From contig NW_005434647.1 of assembly GCF_000315625.1 (NCBI RefSeq), positions 418,936 to 482,935 on the forward strand: 64,000 nucleotides of DNA, given 5' to 3'. Below the pieces are notes generated by a model that saw nothing but the letters and a program-made list of their open reading frames with translations, ran no database searches and had not been told where the DNA came from. Each line of letters begins with the position of its first letter. Within the stretch, counting starts at the first letter, position 1. The position numbers and the translations under genes are program-made. This document shows positions 11,789 through 24,169 of this stretch, one piece after another. The stretch comes from Guillardia theta CCMP2712. Lineage: Eukaryota; Protista; Cryptophyta.

Positions 11789-13969
11789 GTGTTGGAGGAT
11801 CTCAAGGAGGACAAGGGAACCAGCGAAGTCCCACTACATCTCGCCAACGGGAGGATGCCGCCCATGTCAGTCGGATCTCAGGGGAGCAGGTCCAATGCGG
11901 GCAGCAGGCCTGCTTCGCATGCTGAGCACAAGTCAGTGGCATCAGCATCGTCCGCGCGCAGCGCGAGCGAAACACAATCCCAGCTCATGCTGCAGGTAGG
12001 GATTGAGAACAAGTTCACCCATAGGGCTCACGACAAGCCTCGCCCGAGCATCTTGAACGCAGCTACCCTCTCCTCCCTCGTCGTTGATGACGAGCTCGAG
12101 ACGCTGCCGATGGACGCCATCACCTCCTTCGGATTCAACAGCCAGGCTGACTACGAGGCTCGCCGGATGCCGACCGACGCCAGAGATCCCGAGTTCCTGG
12201 ACAAAGTTTCCAACCTCGTCCTCAACAACGATCCCAGGGTCAGAGAGCTCAACCTGTCCAGTGCCGGGCTTCAAGACTCCCACATCCCCCACATCGCCGA
12301 CGCCCTTGCCCTCAACACTACGCTGCGCACTGTGAACCTCTCAACCAACCTGCTGTCGGACCTGTCGGTCAAGGAGCTGGCTGCGGGGATCAAGGGCTGC
12401 CCCTCCATCCGCAAGTTGGACCTGGCTGAAAACTCGCTGGGATCTCGGGGGGCGGGTTACCTTTCAACCGTCTTGGACAGCAAGACCAGGTAAGTTAGAG
12501 GCGCCTGCTTTAGTTTCACCTCCCTCCCTCCTCCTCATCCCTCCTCCTCGCACCAGCGCCGTCCCCAACATCACCATGACCGCCAACTCCCTCCCACATC
12601 TTCTCTCCCTCTCCCTCTCCCTCTCCCTCTCCCTCTCCCTCTCCCTCTCTCTCTTCCTCTTCCTCTTCCTCTTCCTCTTCCTCTTCCTTTTCCGGGCCTC
12701 GTTCTCATTCTCCTTGCAGCCTTGTGGGGCTGGATATCTCGGTTAACCTCATTCGCGATGAGGGTGCGAATGCCATCATCGAGAGTTTGGTGCACACGCC
12801 CCATCAGCCCATCTCCTGGCTGAACTTGAGCGAGAACTCGCTGTCTGACTTCTCAGCCCCCAGCATCGCGAATCTGATCCGCATGTCAGCCAACCTGACG
12901 CACCTCGACATCTCAAGGAACGACTTTCAGAACGACGGGATCCGCGTCCTTGCCGACGAGCTGGCGCTGTGCTCCAACCTGAGGCACCTCAACATCAGCA
13001 ACATCCAGCTGGTGAGAGATGAGACAAGTGGATGGTAGAGGAATGACACGTTGGACCAGGACTCGAATGTTGTGGAGCATTTCACCCTGAGCCTGGGACA
13101 GAACTCCTCGCTGCAGACGTTGGATATGTACGGGTGCATGATAGGGGATGTAGGGGGCACGAGCATGTGCAGAGCGCTGGCTACCAACACCACGTTGCTC
13201 AAGCTGGACCTTGGAGCCAACAGGATCTGTGCTCGAGGGTTTGAATTCATTGCTGATGGCATTCGGGTAAGATGCGATGTCGAAGATGATTGATGATGAC
13301 TAAGACAAGGAAGAGGGAGGAAGGGGGCGGGAAGGATGGAGGGGAGTAGGGGAGAGGAGAGGAGAGGAGAGGAGAGGAGAGGAGAGGAGAGGGGGGATTG
13401 ACAACGACGAGAGCACTGGTGATGATGACAACGTGCGGCTGAAGTCTAGGCAGATGAACACGACGTTGAAGGTCTTGAAGCTCTGGGGGAACAAGTTCCA
13501 AGGGGAATGCGAGAGATTGATATCCGCCCTCTTCCTCAACGACACGCTCATCGGTACCCTCCCATCCTCCCTCCAACTTCTCCTGCATCCCTTGACCACG
13601 ATGATGCTCGCAGAAGTGGAGCTGACGGGCTGTGAGCTCAACCCCGATCAGATCCGGACGGCAGAGGACCTGGTTCGTAAGAACAGGAACGCGGATCTTG
13701 TCAAGGGCCAGGGCCAGGTGGACATTTGGAAAGCTTTGAGGCAGCGGGACGCCTTGCTGGAGGAGAACCGCCAGCTGAAGGAGCAGGTGGCGAAGCTCTC
13801 CAAGAAGCCAAAATCTTCTTTCCCCATGTTCACAACCAGCCAGCCCGAGGAGAAGGTGGTGGAGGAGGAGCCGGAGCCCTGGTGGAGCCTGAAGTCCCTT
13901 GGGCATCTGCCCCCTTGGTTGAACTCACAGACCAACGAGCTTCCGGAGACATTAACGGAAGGCAAGTGA
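11789..13969 (+). CDS. RNI-like leucine-rich-repeat protein with a C-terminal coiled coil
   Basis: Repeats such as ALALNTTLRTVNLSTNLLSD, LTHLDISRNDFQNDG and LATNTTLLKLDLGANRI occur across ORFs 11789, 12724, 13051 and 13433. Start codon uncertain. Confidence 0.85.
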
Positions 13970-13993
13970 CGGGCCCCGTGGCCCTCCCCTCCT

Positions 13994-16601
13994 TTATCCG
14001 ATCTGTCTCGTGATGGCTAATGAATGCTGGCGGCCGCATGACATGGCGACGATCTGCCGATAGCCCTGTGTCAGTTCCTCGAGGCTCGAGCACAAACCCT
14101 CTCACCTCTTCTGGAATCTTCTTGATCCTCACTGGGTTCGCTATGAAGCTCGGCCCCTTGCGGGTGTCCTTACCCACACCACACTGCCCTCTGACATTAT
14201 CTGGAGATGGGGAGAACCGAAAGTCAGTAAGAGAGGGTGGAGGCAGCGGTCGAATCTTGCTGACAGCTACGGCTGGAGGGGAGAAAGGGGAGGAGGGGGG
14301 CAAACGAGAAGAGTTGAGGGGGGGAGGGGGGGACGGCAGATTTGCGGCAGCACAGCAGGACAGGAGATCGAACCCACCTCCCCACGTAAACAGATGTCCT
14401 TCCTCTGATAGGACGAGCACATTGCCCTCCTTCCCTGCAGCGATTGCAACCGAACGGGCAGGAATCCCTTCAACCCTGGTGGGCACCCTGGGGGAGAAGT
14501 GAGGAAGAGGAGCGGGCAAGTACAAACTAGAGCACGTCGTGGTGTTGAGGCCGTTGCGTCCCCACCAGAGGACGGAGCCGTCCTCCATGAGCGAGACTGA
14601 GAACGACTCTCCTGCAGCCGCGTGGCGAACGCCGCTAGCAAACACGCGGACCTGGCAAGGGGACCAGCGTCAACCTTGAAAGGACGGAAGAAAGAGGTAG
14701 TTTCACCGCCTCCTTGCGAGCTACTTGACAACCGTCACCCAACTGACCCTCGTCGTTGCACCCCCAGGCAAACAGAGCTCCGTCCTTCATGACCGCTAGA
14801 CAGTGCTGCCCTCCTACCGCAAACCCCTTGACGGAGCCCGACACTCCCCGCACGTGCTCAGGGTCGCGGAAGATCTGCTCCTCCCATGGCAAGCTCCCCC
14901 ATTGAAAGATCCTCCCCTCAGTCGTAGCCTTTCAGCACTCGCGTCAGGACTGAGGCAGTGACGGGGGAGTCAAAGAGGTAGAGGTCACCGCAAGTGAGAA
15001 TGTAGACCCTGCGGCGATGGTGACGACGGGCTGATCATTGAATCCTTGTTGAGACATCATGACCTATGATAAAGTCATTCCTTCCAGCATCGAGTGTCGA
15101 GTCGAGGTCACCGGCCTTGTGACCGAGTTTGATGCTGACGCCTTTCGCCATGCCGTTCTTCTTTGTCGAAGAGGAGTCTGCAAGTGCAAAATTCGAAGGA
15201 GGGTTGTACAGACAGAACATGTCAGACGCGATGTGAGGAAAGTTTTCGAACGATCCGATCACCTTGATGTCGGTGCTCTTGATCTTCTCATTCAATTCAG
15301 TATAATTTGTTTCTTCCATCAAAAACTGGATGAGGATTGCTCGGCGTTCTGGCGCGATGTCTTCGCAACTGGAAATGGAAATCATTCCACCACTTGCCAA
15401 TCACAAGCAACACAACACATCTCAACACTATCTCCATCATCTATCTCCATCATCTCCACCATATCCGCACATACCCGGTCGCCTTCAAAATAGCATCGAC
15501 ATCCTTCTCAGCAGACATCGAACAATCCTGCACGTTCAGCGCTGGCCCAAGTTGAGCTGTGGCATTGGAGCCCCAACACATGACGCTCCCATCCTCGAGC
15601 AGCGCCATGGAATGCGTGCTGCCTGCCGCCAGCTCGACAGCTGCCCCATCAAAATCTGCAATCCTGACAGCCTCCCTCCGAGTCTCGAAAGTTCCATCCC
15701 CCAGCTGACCGTGAGAGTTCAACCCGCAAGCTATCCCGCTCCCGTCGTCCATCAAAAACAGCGAGTGCGCCTCGCCCGCTGCTATGGCCCTGACCCCGCC
15801 ATCAGGGATGAACACTTGCTGTGTCGGGGTCCATCTGAGAGCATGTGAGTCCCCGTAACCAACCACCCCCTCAACAAGCACCGCCTGCGCATGAGCTCAC
15901 CGGTCTATCTTGCATCCATTCGCTATCCCAAGTTGGCCGTCGTAGTTTGCACCCCATCCCCATATGATGCCGTCTCTCGGGTCTCTGGCTCTTCTGTATA
16001 TCTTCAGGGGCTTCCCCATGTAAGTTTGAGACACTTGAATCACGCCAAACTTCTTGCTCCCCATGTACGTCAGTGGCACGATGCCTTTCGGGGGCAACTC
16101 CTCTCCGGTTGACTTGGCCCACTTGAATATCCTTCTGTGGTTTTCTTTTGCCTCTACCGAGCTGACAGACTCGAACGAAGGATCATCGTAGGTGCTGATG
16201 GGCTTCGCATAGAACTTCCTCTCATCCATCACTGGATCTGAATCATCTTGCATGGTATCATCCAACTTCGTGACATTGTCCTCCCTCAAGGCAAGCTGAG
16301 CTGATATGTGGTCGGACCCACGTTTCAGATGCGGGAAAGTATGTTTGTTCAGCCGTCCCCTCACCCCTTCCTTCGATCGTCCCAGGTGCCTGGCTTTGCT
16401 CCTGCCCTTCCCTCCCCCTCGCAGCAGCATGGCGTCTGTTCCACAGCTCGGAGACCTCAGCTGCAAGTCCTTTAACCTGGCCAGCAGAGGAGCGACGTCT
16501 CCTGTACATGTTGACCTTTCATAGCTCCGTTCCCTCATGTCGCTCGACAGGCTCCCGCCAACGAGCAGCAGCAATGCCACCATAGTTACGTCCGCTGCCA
16601 T
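13994..16601 (-). CDS. RCC1-repeat protein with a signal peptide and LLRGG leader
   Basis: RCC1 motifs WGWGANYDGQLG, IAAGEAHSLFL...CGLNSHGQLGDG, LAAGSTHSMAL and FAWGCNDEGQLGDG. Last exon IVAMSCGRQHSLAITRQIG*. N-terminus MAADVTMVALLLLVGGSLSS. Confidence 0.85.
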
Positions 16602-16619
16602 GTCAAAGCAATCCGAACT

Positions 16620-17420
16620 GAGACCCGCCTCAGGCAGCCACCCGGGGCCGCCTCTAATGGGTCCGGCGGCGCCGCGCCGCGGCGCCGAGTCAGTCGGCCG
16701 ATAAACTTCCCGGCGGTGTGGGGTCAACTTGTGATGCGGCCCGTCACCGCGGCCGGGCACCCCGCGGCCGCCGGCGGGCCCGGTCACGGTAAAAATTGAA
16801 CTCAGAGAACTCAGAGAGCAACCGTCCTATGTGTCTCAGGGCCTGACTCAGTGAGTCGACTCTCCTAATTGTCCTCAGACTCGTACTGATCCGAGTTTTA
16901 GTATAACAGTTTGAGTGATAGTAAAGAGAGACCTACTAACTTAACTTTGAGTAAAGATGATGAGCTCATTGAAACTTGATTGCCGCGCCGGGACTCAGGC
17001 CTGAGTGTCACACGGCCCGGGCCCGGCCCCTGCCGCGCCCGGCCCGAGTCACGGCCCGGGGCCCGGGGGTCACTGCCAGCCTGAGCGCGGCCGGGCTGGC
17101 CCCCTGAGCGTTGAACCGGTGACTGCCGCTTACTGTCACAGTGTGGCCCCGAGGCGCCGAGTCACGAGGCCGTGGCACCGTGCGGCCTGTTCAACAGCAC
17201 TCAGCCTCCGGGAGTCCGAGCGGCTGCCTCCCGACCGCGGGGTATCATTCAGCTTAAACCGGTTTTAGCTTATAATTGTCACTCGCCGCCGCTTGTTTCC
17301 GAAGTTCGTACGGTCAAGGCCGGGCCCGGGTCAAGTTTTTGTTTTGCCAGTACCTGAAATCAAGCGATTTCAAGTTCCCTGCGGATGTTAATTAACTTAC
17401 GGCCACCCGGGCCCTCATGG
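16620..17420. promoter_or_regulatory. GC-rich palindrome-dense island 2, between divergent genes
   Basis: Same word vocabulary as island 1; contains degenerate copies of the ~50-bp element. Confidence 0.5.
16856..16956 (-). repeat. Dispersed ~50-bp element: an insertion-disrupted copy plus a partial second copy
   Basis: tcgactctcctaattgtcctc...gtactgat...tttgagt and taacttaactttgagtaaag match 26426-26472 and the reverse complement of 55131-55179. Confidence 0.85.
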
Positions 17421-18029
17421 TTCTCATCCGATGACCACCCCCTCTAGGTTGACTACCCCTGCTTTATAGCATATCAACCCCCTCCGCACACCAAGAGTCA
17501 ATCCAAGCACTGCTACCCCGGAGTCCCACTCCCGGAGTCCACCCCCGCCACTCGAGTCCAGTGACTCCTTGAGCCGGGTGGGGGGGGGGGGTCCCCAGTC
17601 CTCTATGGTACCACAATGATCCTCTGACAGGGGGTCCTTCTGACTAGTACAGAAATACCGTTCCTGTTCCCTACGTACCCCCATAGCTACAAATCAACTT
17701 CCGGATCGAACCTTTGAAATTACGACTGTCTGTTGCCCTTCGCCCTGCCCTTTGCCCCTCTCCCCTCCTCTCCCCCCCCTCTCACCTCTCCTCCATTGCC
17801 CTTTCCATCCTCCCTCCTCCTCTTTTGAATCCTCCTCACATTCCTGTCTATATTTTCGCTCTTCTCTTCGCGAGGACTTTGTCTTCCAGTGGGCTGGCAA
17901 CGCTGCACATAAAATTCTTTGCAGCGGTCCCTTTGAGCCCGATCTGTATTCCTTGAGTCCTCCTCTGTTGGCCACTGATCAGCCACAACGTGATACATCT
18001 TTGCTCCCCCTATCCACGCCTTCGCATCC

Positions 18030-18879
18030 ATGAAACGCCTCCTCTTCGGATCCGAAAAGGCTCTGCCTAGTCTTGCGGTACCTCCTATCAGAAAGAACGA
18101 CCACGACGACGATGCGATGTCGTACGATACGGTGTCGGGAGACTTGACCTACTCCAGCGACGGGGAGGGGCAGGCAGCGTCAGGAAGCTTCTTGTTCAGC
18201 GTCGTCGTGTTGGACGGGAAACGCTTTCCGGCGGGCCGCTCGGGAAGAATCAAACCCAGAGTCCACCTCCAGTTCTCCTGCCCGGGATACTTCTCGCAGA
18301 TCGCTGCGACCACCTCACAGTCAACGACGTGGCCGGTCTGGAGAGAGGGCTTCATCTTCTCGACCCCTGCAGAGAACATCAAGGACATCAGCATCATGCG
18401 GCATGCCATGGTGAGTGTATTGAGGTCTAGGAGGGCTGGAGTGTCTTGACGGGGCGTGCTTGCGAGCAGGTGATGGTTCTGATCGAGGACGAGCTATCCA
18501 ACCGGCTGCTGGGCCAGTCGTGGGTGTCTTTGGAGGAGGTAGTCTCGCAGAGAAAGATCGACAAGGAGTATCATTTTTGTCCGACCATGGAGGCGAACCC
18601 CAGTCTGAGGCTTGTTCTGACTGCCATCGACGAGTCGTGCGTGCATCCGTCGGTGAGTCAGTACGGGAAGCCGATCCGGAGTCTGCGATCGAAGCTCGGT
18701 AGGGTCATGTAGAGGAGATGGGATGATAGTTTTGTGACATCAAGGCAGGTGCGGTCTTTCATCCAACCAGGACAACAAGGTCTGGTGCTGCCGATGAGAT
18801 GAACCAAGTGGACTGCAAGGGGACTGTGAGTCTATTGAAGATCATCGATTGCGGGACGTATGCAGATGAGGACGACTAG
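18030..18879 (+). CDS. C2-domain protein, copy 1
   Basis: C2-like pattern FSVVVLDGKRF...KPRVHL...TTSQSTTWPVWREGFIF...VMVLIEDELSNRLLGQSWVSL. Introns 18411-18469 and 18699-18748; ends DCGTYADEDD*. Confidence 0.8.
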
Positions 18880-19399
18880 GCATGAAGATTGCTTGCCAGG
18901 CACAAGCTAGAAGTCGTTGGCAAGTGTGAATCGTGAAGCATTTGGGAGTGCCTACAAGTACGGCGAGTTTTTGTTTGATTCACGTGTGTCTGCACCAAAT
19001 CAATATCTGTGCAAATATGACCCCAGAATGAAACGATCTAATCAGCTGACTTTGATTCTTCCTTGTTTGTGCTTAGTTACAGCACTTTCACAGTCCCTTT
19101 CCCACCAGCATTATTCAGGACTTTAAGACCGACCTTCCAATCAACTTCAATATTTTCCCAATGCCAGTAGAAGGAAGAACAATCTCACAGCCTCCTTTTA
19201 CACGTTTCTCCTCGCTCCACCCAACATGCCTTCCACTGCACATTCCCTTTCATTGCAATACCGCAACATCATGCCTCTTCTCCTATTTTGAGACACGTGA
19301 CCTAAACCGCTGGTTATCCAACGCTCAAGGCATCTGGCTAAGCTCCAGCCAACAACCTTAGACTTGCAGGCTTTGCTTGGTTCACAACAACTCGATGAG

Positions 19400-20006
19400 A
19401 CGCAGACCCTGACTCGTGAACTTCCCGCGTTTGGAGGAACTTCGGATGCTTGTCAGAACCTAGTTCTGAAGATATTCAGCACAGCATCCATCCCCGCAAT
19501 ACGAGGTGACCGAGAGGGCAATGATTTCAAGAAGAGAATGGCGGTGGATGATGGACTGCATTCTCTGGCCGAAGGACAAGGAGTAAGTCATGGAAAATGT
19601 GAATTCGTACCAATCCGTTCAGAATGGGCAGGGAGTGCTACGTGCTAGCAGAGAATAGAGGCAGGAGAAGGCGATTTCGAGTGGCCCGCCGGAGGTGGAA
19701 CTGGATTGACAGGATTTGCCGAGAACGGGGGGTACTTCGACAAGGGGAAGAGATTGTACCACGGAACTTGATGCAATGTTACAGGACAAGATTGCATGGG
19801 TGGACCTTGGGGTGCGCAAACAGTTTTGTTCATATTCGAATATTACTTGGTACCAGAACCTGGGAATCATATTGAGAAGAAATCGGAGCCAAGAGGGAGG
19901 TGCACCCATGTCTGAAGAGATTGAAGACCCACAGACTGATAGCGCTGTGACTGATAGCACAGGGAACTGCGCGGCGATGTCAATGGTAAAAGAAACGTCA
20001 CACTGA
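19400..20006 (+). CDS. Hypothetical Arg/Trp-rich spliced gene between C2 copies 1 and 2
   Basis: Exons ...EWRWMMDCILWPKDK/EMGRECYVLAENRGRRRRFRVARRRWNWIDRICRERG/DKIAWVDLGVRKQF... can be joined by short GT-AG introns. Start not identified. Confidence 0.35.
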
Positions 20007-20836
20007 GGAATTGGGGTGTAGCACTTTGGTATGAATGATGAGATGACAAATAAGACACAGACAACATAAGTTGGGGTAGATAGAAAGGTAAGAGGGAGCC
20101 CTGGACAAGACACGACTAATAATCGTAAGCAGATGAAGTCATCAGGAGGGGAGGTGAGAGATGATACAAGAGGAGAAAAGGGAGTGGAAGGAGGGATACT
20201 GAGCGAGGAGCCAGGCACCTTTGCCGCAGTGCATGCATTGTTGGCGAGATCGTTTGAAACGTTTTCAGGGTTCGAGACGGACTGATGTGTCAGGAGTGTA
20301 CTCAGTTTGACTAGGAGCGGGTTTTGCCCCTGGGGAGCGACGGACACCTTCACGGAATTTGGAACAATTAAAAGGAGCAAAGAGGCTTCGACCGCCGAGG
20401 GGTCGCAATAAAATGAGTAATTGAAAGATATCAGTAAAGAGCGACCCCCCCCCCCTACACCACCACCAAAGTTTCGAAAACGTACTACCCCACCCTAGAA
20501 AATACCTGATTGTGGGTGCAACCCCGCTCTTTCTGACCCATCCATCCCAATTACCCCTCCATCCCGCCACCAACCATTCGAAGGCCTCCTCGTCTGTACT
20601 CCTCCACTCTACCTCCTTACTCTACCTTCTTGCTCTCGTCCACTCCCCCCGATATACTGAGCCATCCTCCTTGACGACAACATGTATTTCATTCGAAGAA
20701 CTTTCTCGTGCATTTAGTTCCGTGAACAATCTGATTGTCATTGATCCACATAAAGTTCTTTCCAGCGGTCCTGCTGCAAAATACGTGACCTCCTAGACTC
20801 CACAACTTTGCTCCCCCTATCCACGCCTTCGCATCC

Positions 20837-21689
20837 ATGAAACGCCTCCTCTTCGGATCCGAAAAGGCTCTGCCTAGTCTTGCGGTGCCTCCTATCAGAA
20901 AGAACGACCACGACGACGATGCGATGTCGTACGATACGGTGTCGGGAGACTTGACCTACTCCAGCGACGGGGAGGGGCAGGCAGCGTCAGGAAGCTTCTT
21001 GTTCAGCGTCGTCGTGTTGGACGGGAAACGCTTTCCGGCGGGCCGCTCGGGAAGAATCAAACCCAGAGTCCACCTCCAGTTCTCCTGCCCGGGATACTTC
21101 TCGCAGATCGCTGCGACCACCTCACAGTCAACGACGTGGCCGGTCTGGAGAGAGGGCTTCATCTTCGCGACCCCTGCAGAGAACATCAAGGACATCAGCA
21201 TCATGCGGCATGCCATGGTGAGTGTATTGAGGTCTAGGAGGGCTGGAGTGTCTTGACGGGGCGTGCTTGCGAGCAGGTGATGGTTCTGATCGAGGACGAG
21301 CTATCCAACCGGCTGCTGGGCCAGTCGTGGGTGTCTTTGGAGGAGGTAGTCTCGCAGAGAAAGATCGACAAGGAGTATCATTTTTGTCCGACCATGGAGG
21401 CGAACCCCAGTCTGAGGCTTGTTCTGACTGCCATCGACGAGTCGTGCGTGCATCCGTCGGTGAGTCAGTACGGGAAGCCGATCCGGAGTCTGCGATCGAA
21501 GCTCGGTAGGGTCATGTAGAGGAGATGGGATGATAGTTTTGTGATATCAAGGCAGGTGCGGTCTTTCATCCAACCAGGACAAGGCTGGTGGCAGACCTTG
21601 CAGATGAGATGAACCAAGTGGACTGCAAGGGGACTGTGAGTCTATTGAAGATCATCGATTGCGGGACGTATGCAGATGAGGACGACTAG
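20837..21689 (+). CDS. C2-domain protein, copy 2
   Basis: Near-identical to copy 1 including introns; S->A at FIF(S/A)T; variable patch in exon 3. Confidence 0.8.
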
Positions 21690-22499
21690 GCATGAAGATT
21701 GCCCGCAGGCACAAGCTAGAAGTCGTTGGCAAGTGTGAATCGTGAAGCATTTGGGAGTGCCTACAAGTACGGCGAGTTTTTGTTTGATTCACGTGTGTCT
21801 GCACCAAATCAATATCTGTGCAAATATCAACCCAGAATACAAACATCCAAGTTGTTGTCCATGTCTTTCTAATGGCAAAGATGGACTCCGATCTTTTGAC
21901 TCCTTTATCATGTGAAGTCAACAGGATACCACAGTTATACACCCAGCTTGCCGTCATCGCTAAGTTGATAACATTGCTCATTGTTTGATAGATATTTTTA
22001 ATCTCGATCTTTTCATCGAGGTTCGCGGGTTTTCTTCCCTCTCATATCTCTTCACCACGGATCCCGGTTGAACTTCTCCTTCGCGTCTGGTACGATCAGA
22101 GCTGATCTTCACTTATCTCCTTTGTTATGACATCATCAACAAACCTTCCTTGCAACATCCCCCAATTCTTCTTGTTTTCGGAGTTCATACAAGCTTTGTT
22201 TTCTTCACCCTAGTCTTTGCCACTTTTTGCTATACCGTGCATTGAATCGGAACTTCGGAAGTCTAGAGTCCTGATTGGTGATTCGTTGGGAGCGTATCAG
22301 GCATCACTATATGCTTCACTGCTCGTCCAGAAGCTGATCGCCATTGCAATCATAGCTTCGGTTTCTGATTCCGATCACACTTTGTAGCATTTTTTTCCAC
22401 CAGCAAGTTGAGGTGTGAGGCTTGCAGCCATGGATGCGACTCGGTGCGCATGCATGCTACGATGCATGTCCCTGTCCCTTCACCTTCCCAACATGATTA

Positions 22500-23830
22500 C
22501 CTTCATTTGACTCCCAAGGCGTGTCGGGCAAATCGCTACCCCACCCCCTTTTGTCCCTCTGTTAGAGAGGGATCATCACCCCTGGGTCAAGGACACCCCC
22601 TGAGTTCCACTACCCGCCCCCCCGCCCCCGCCGCCGCCCCCCCCCTCCCCCACCACCACTAACCCCCCCATTCCCCGACTGAAGACGAGCGTCGAAGGGG
22701 TACTCCGACCCTAAAAAAAATATTGAAAACAAGTGATTTCAGTGTCCTAGGCGATTGCTGAAGGGGAACGCCCCTGTGTTCCCCTTCAGCCACCACCATA
22801 CCAACTGAGGGGCCGTCCCAGGCCTGTTTGACCACCAGCCTCGTCGGCTTCTACCCCCTCCGTTGACCGTCACACCCACCCTAGAATCTTCACCACTTCA
22901 TAGAGGGTCGCAATCTTGTAGCGATTTGAGAACAGCAGTGGAAGTAGTCAAATTGCCACAAAATGAGATCGTGGTGGGTGGGGTGGTTCGGGTGAGGAAT
23001 CTTCCATATCATATCAAAACCACGTCTTTTCGACTCCCTCTTGTATTTCTGCTCCCTTGACCCCCCTTGCACCTTCTACTTATCTTCGGTAACCCTACCC
23101 CTTCATCAACACGCGCAAATTATCGTCATCACCCCTACTTATCCAAGCAGTACCCCCTATCTCCCTATGCACACACACACATACCATGTAATCAAAACAA
23201 CCTCTACCCCCTGTCGCCCAACCCGTACACCACTGCTTTTACGTACTACCACCTACCCTGATCAACCAGGTACAATAGTTTTTCAAGTACCCTACCCCCA
23301 CCCTCGTGTGGGGGAACAACAGCTCCAACATTGCGCCTACCGGCCCTACCTGCCCTCGCCTCTTCTCCCTCTTCTCTTGCTATCAAAAGTGCAGCCCACC
23401 CCAGTCATGTCCCTCTACCAATCTATGTGGACCCCACCCCTTCGAGAAAATCATACTCCCATGGTACCGGTGGCTACCCTCAGGGATTACCTTGCAGACA
23501 GTCCCATCTTCCCCACCCCTTTGCAATGTTCCCCATGTATTCAACCGCCCCCAGAGTTTCAAAAACGTACTACCCCACCCTCCTAAACATGCCATTATCA
23601 AAGAGGTACCCCGCATTCCTCACAATTGTACCCACCCCATTTCACCATTCTTGCTGTACAAAGGTGTCGCAACGCTGGGAAGTCACAAAGTACCCCGACC
23701 CCAATGCTTTCAAAGTAGTACCCACCCCTTCCTGCTCACGGGTGAAAAACCATCCGGTCAACTTCAGACCATGACCTCACCACAACCCCCTCCCGCCCCC
23801 CACTCTTAACACATCAGTCCCCACCTCCCT
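22500..23830. other. TACCCC/GTACC-rich strand-skewed non-coding tract
   Basis: Many ctaccc, gtaccc and gtagtacc words; C-rich on the plus strand; its ORFs are low-complexity P/T/L. Confidence 0.55.
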
Positions 23831-24169
23831 TTCTCCGCCCCTCCCCCCAGCATCGACTATTCCTCCTTTTCTGTACTCCTCTCATCTACCTCCTTCCTCG
23901 ACCTCCCTGTTGTCCCTCACCCCCCTCCCCTTGCCCATATACATCTATCCGATCTGTCAGATCCTCCTTGAGGAGAACAGAGATATTCTTTTGAAGAACG
24001 TTCTCCTGCAATTGGTTCCGTACAGCATCTGGATCTGACCACTCCACACAAAGTCCTTTCAGTGGGACCTACTGCCTTCGCGTCTTGATTCTTGGTGTCC
24101 CCCTCCGTTGGCCACTGATCAGCCACAACGTGATACATCTTTGCTCCCCCTATCCACGCCTTCGCATCC

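Noticed and set aside
15045-15065. Apparent 19-nt nucleomorph-sized intron in the RCC1 gene
   Set aside because: An ordinary 48-nt GT-AG intron just upstream, plus another upstream intron, explains the frame more simply.
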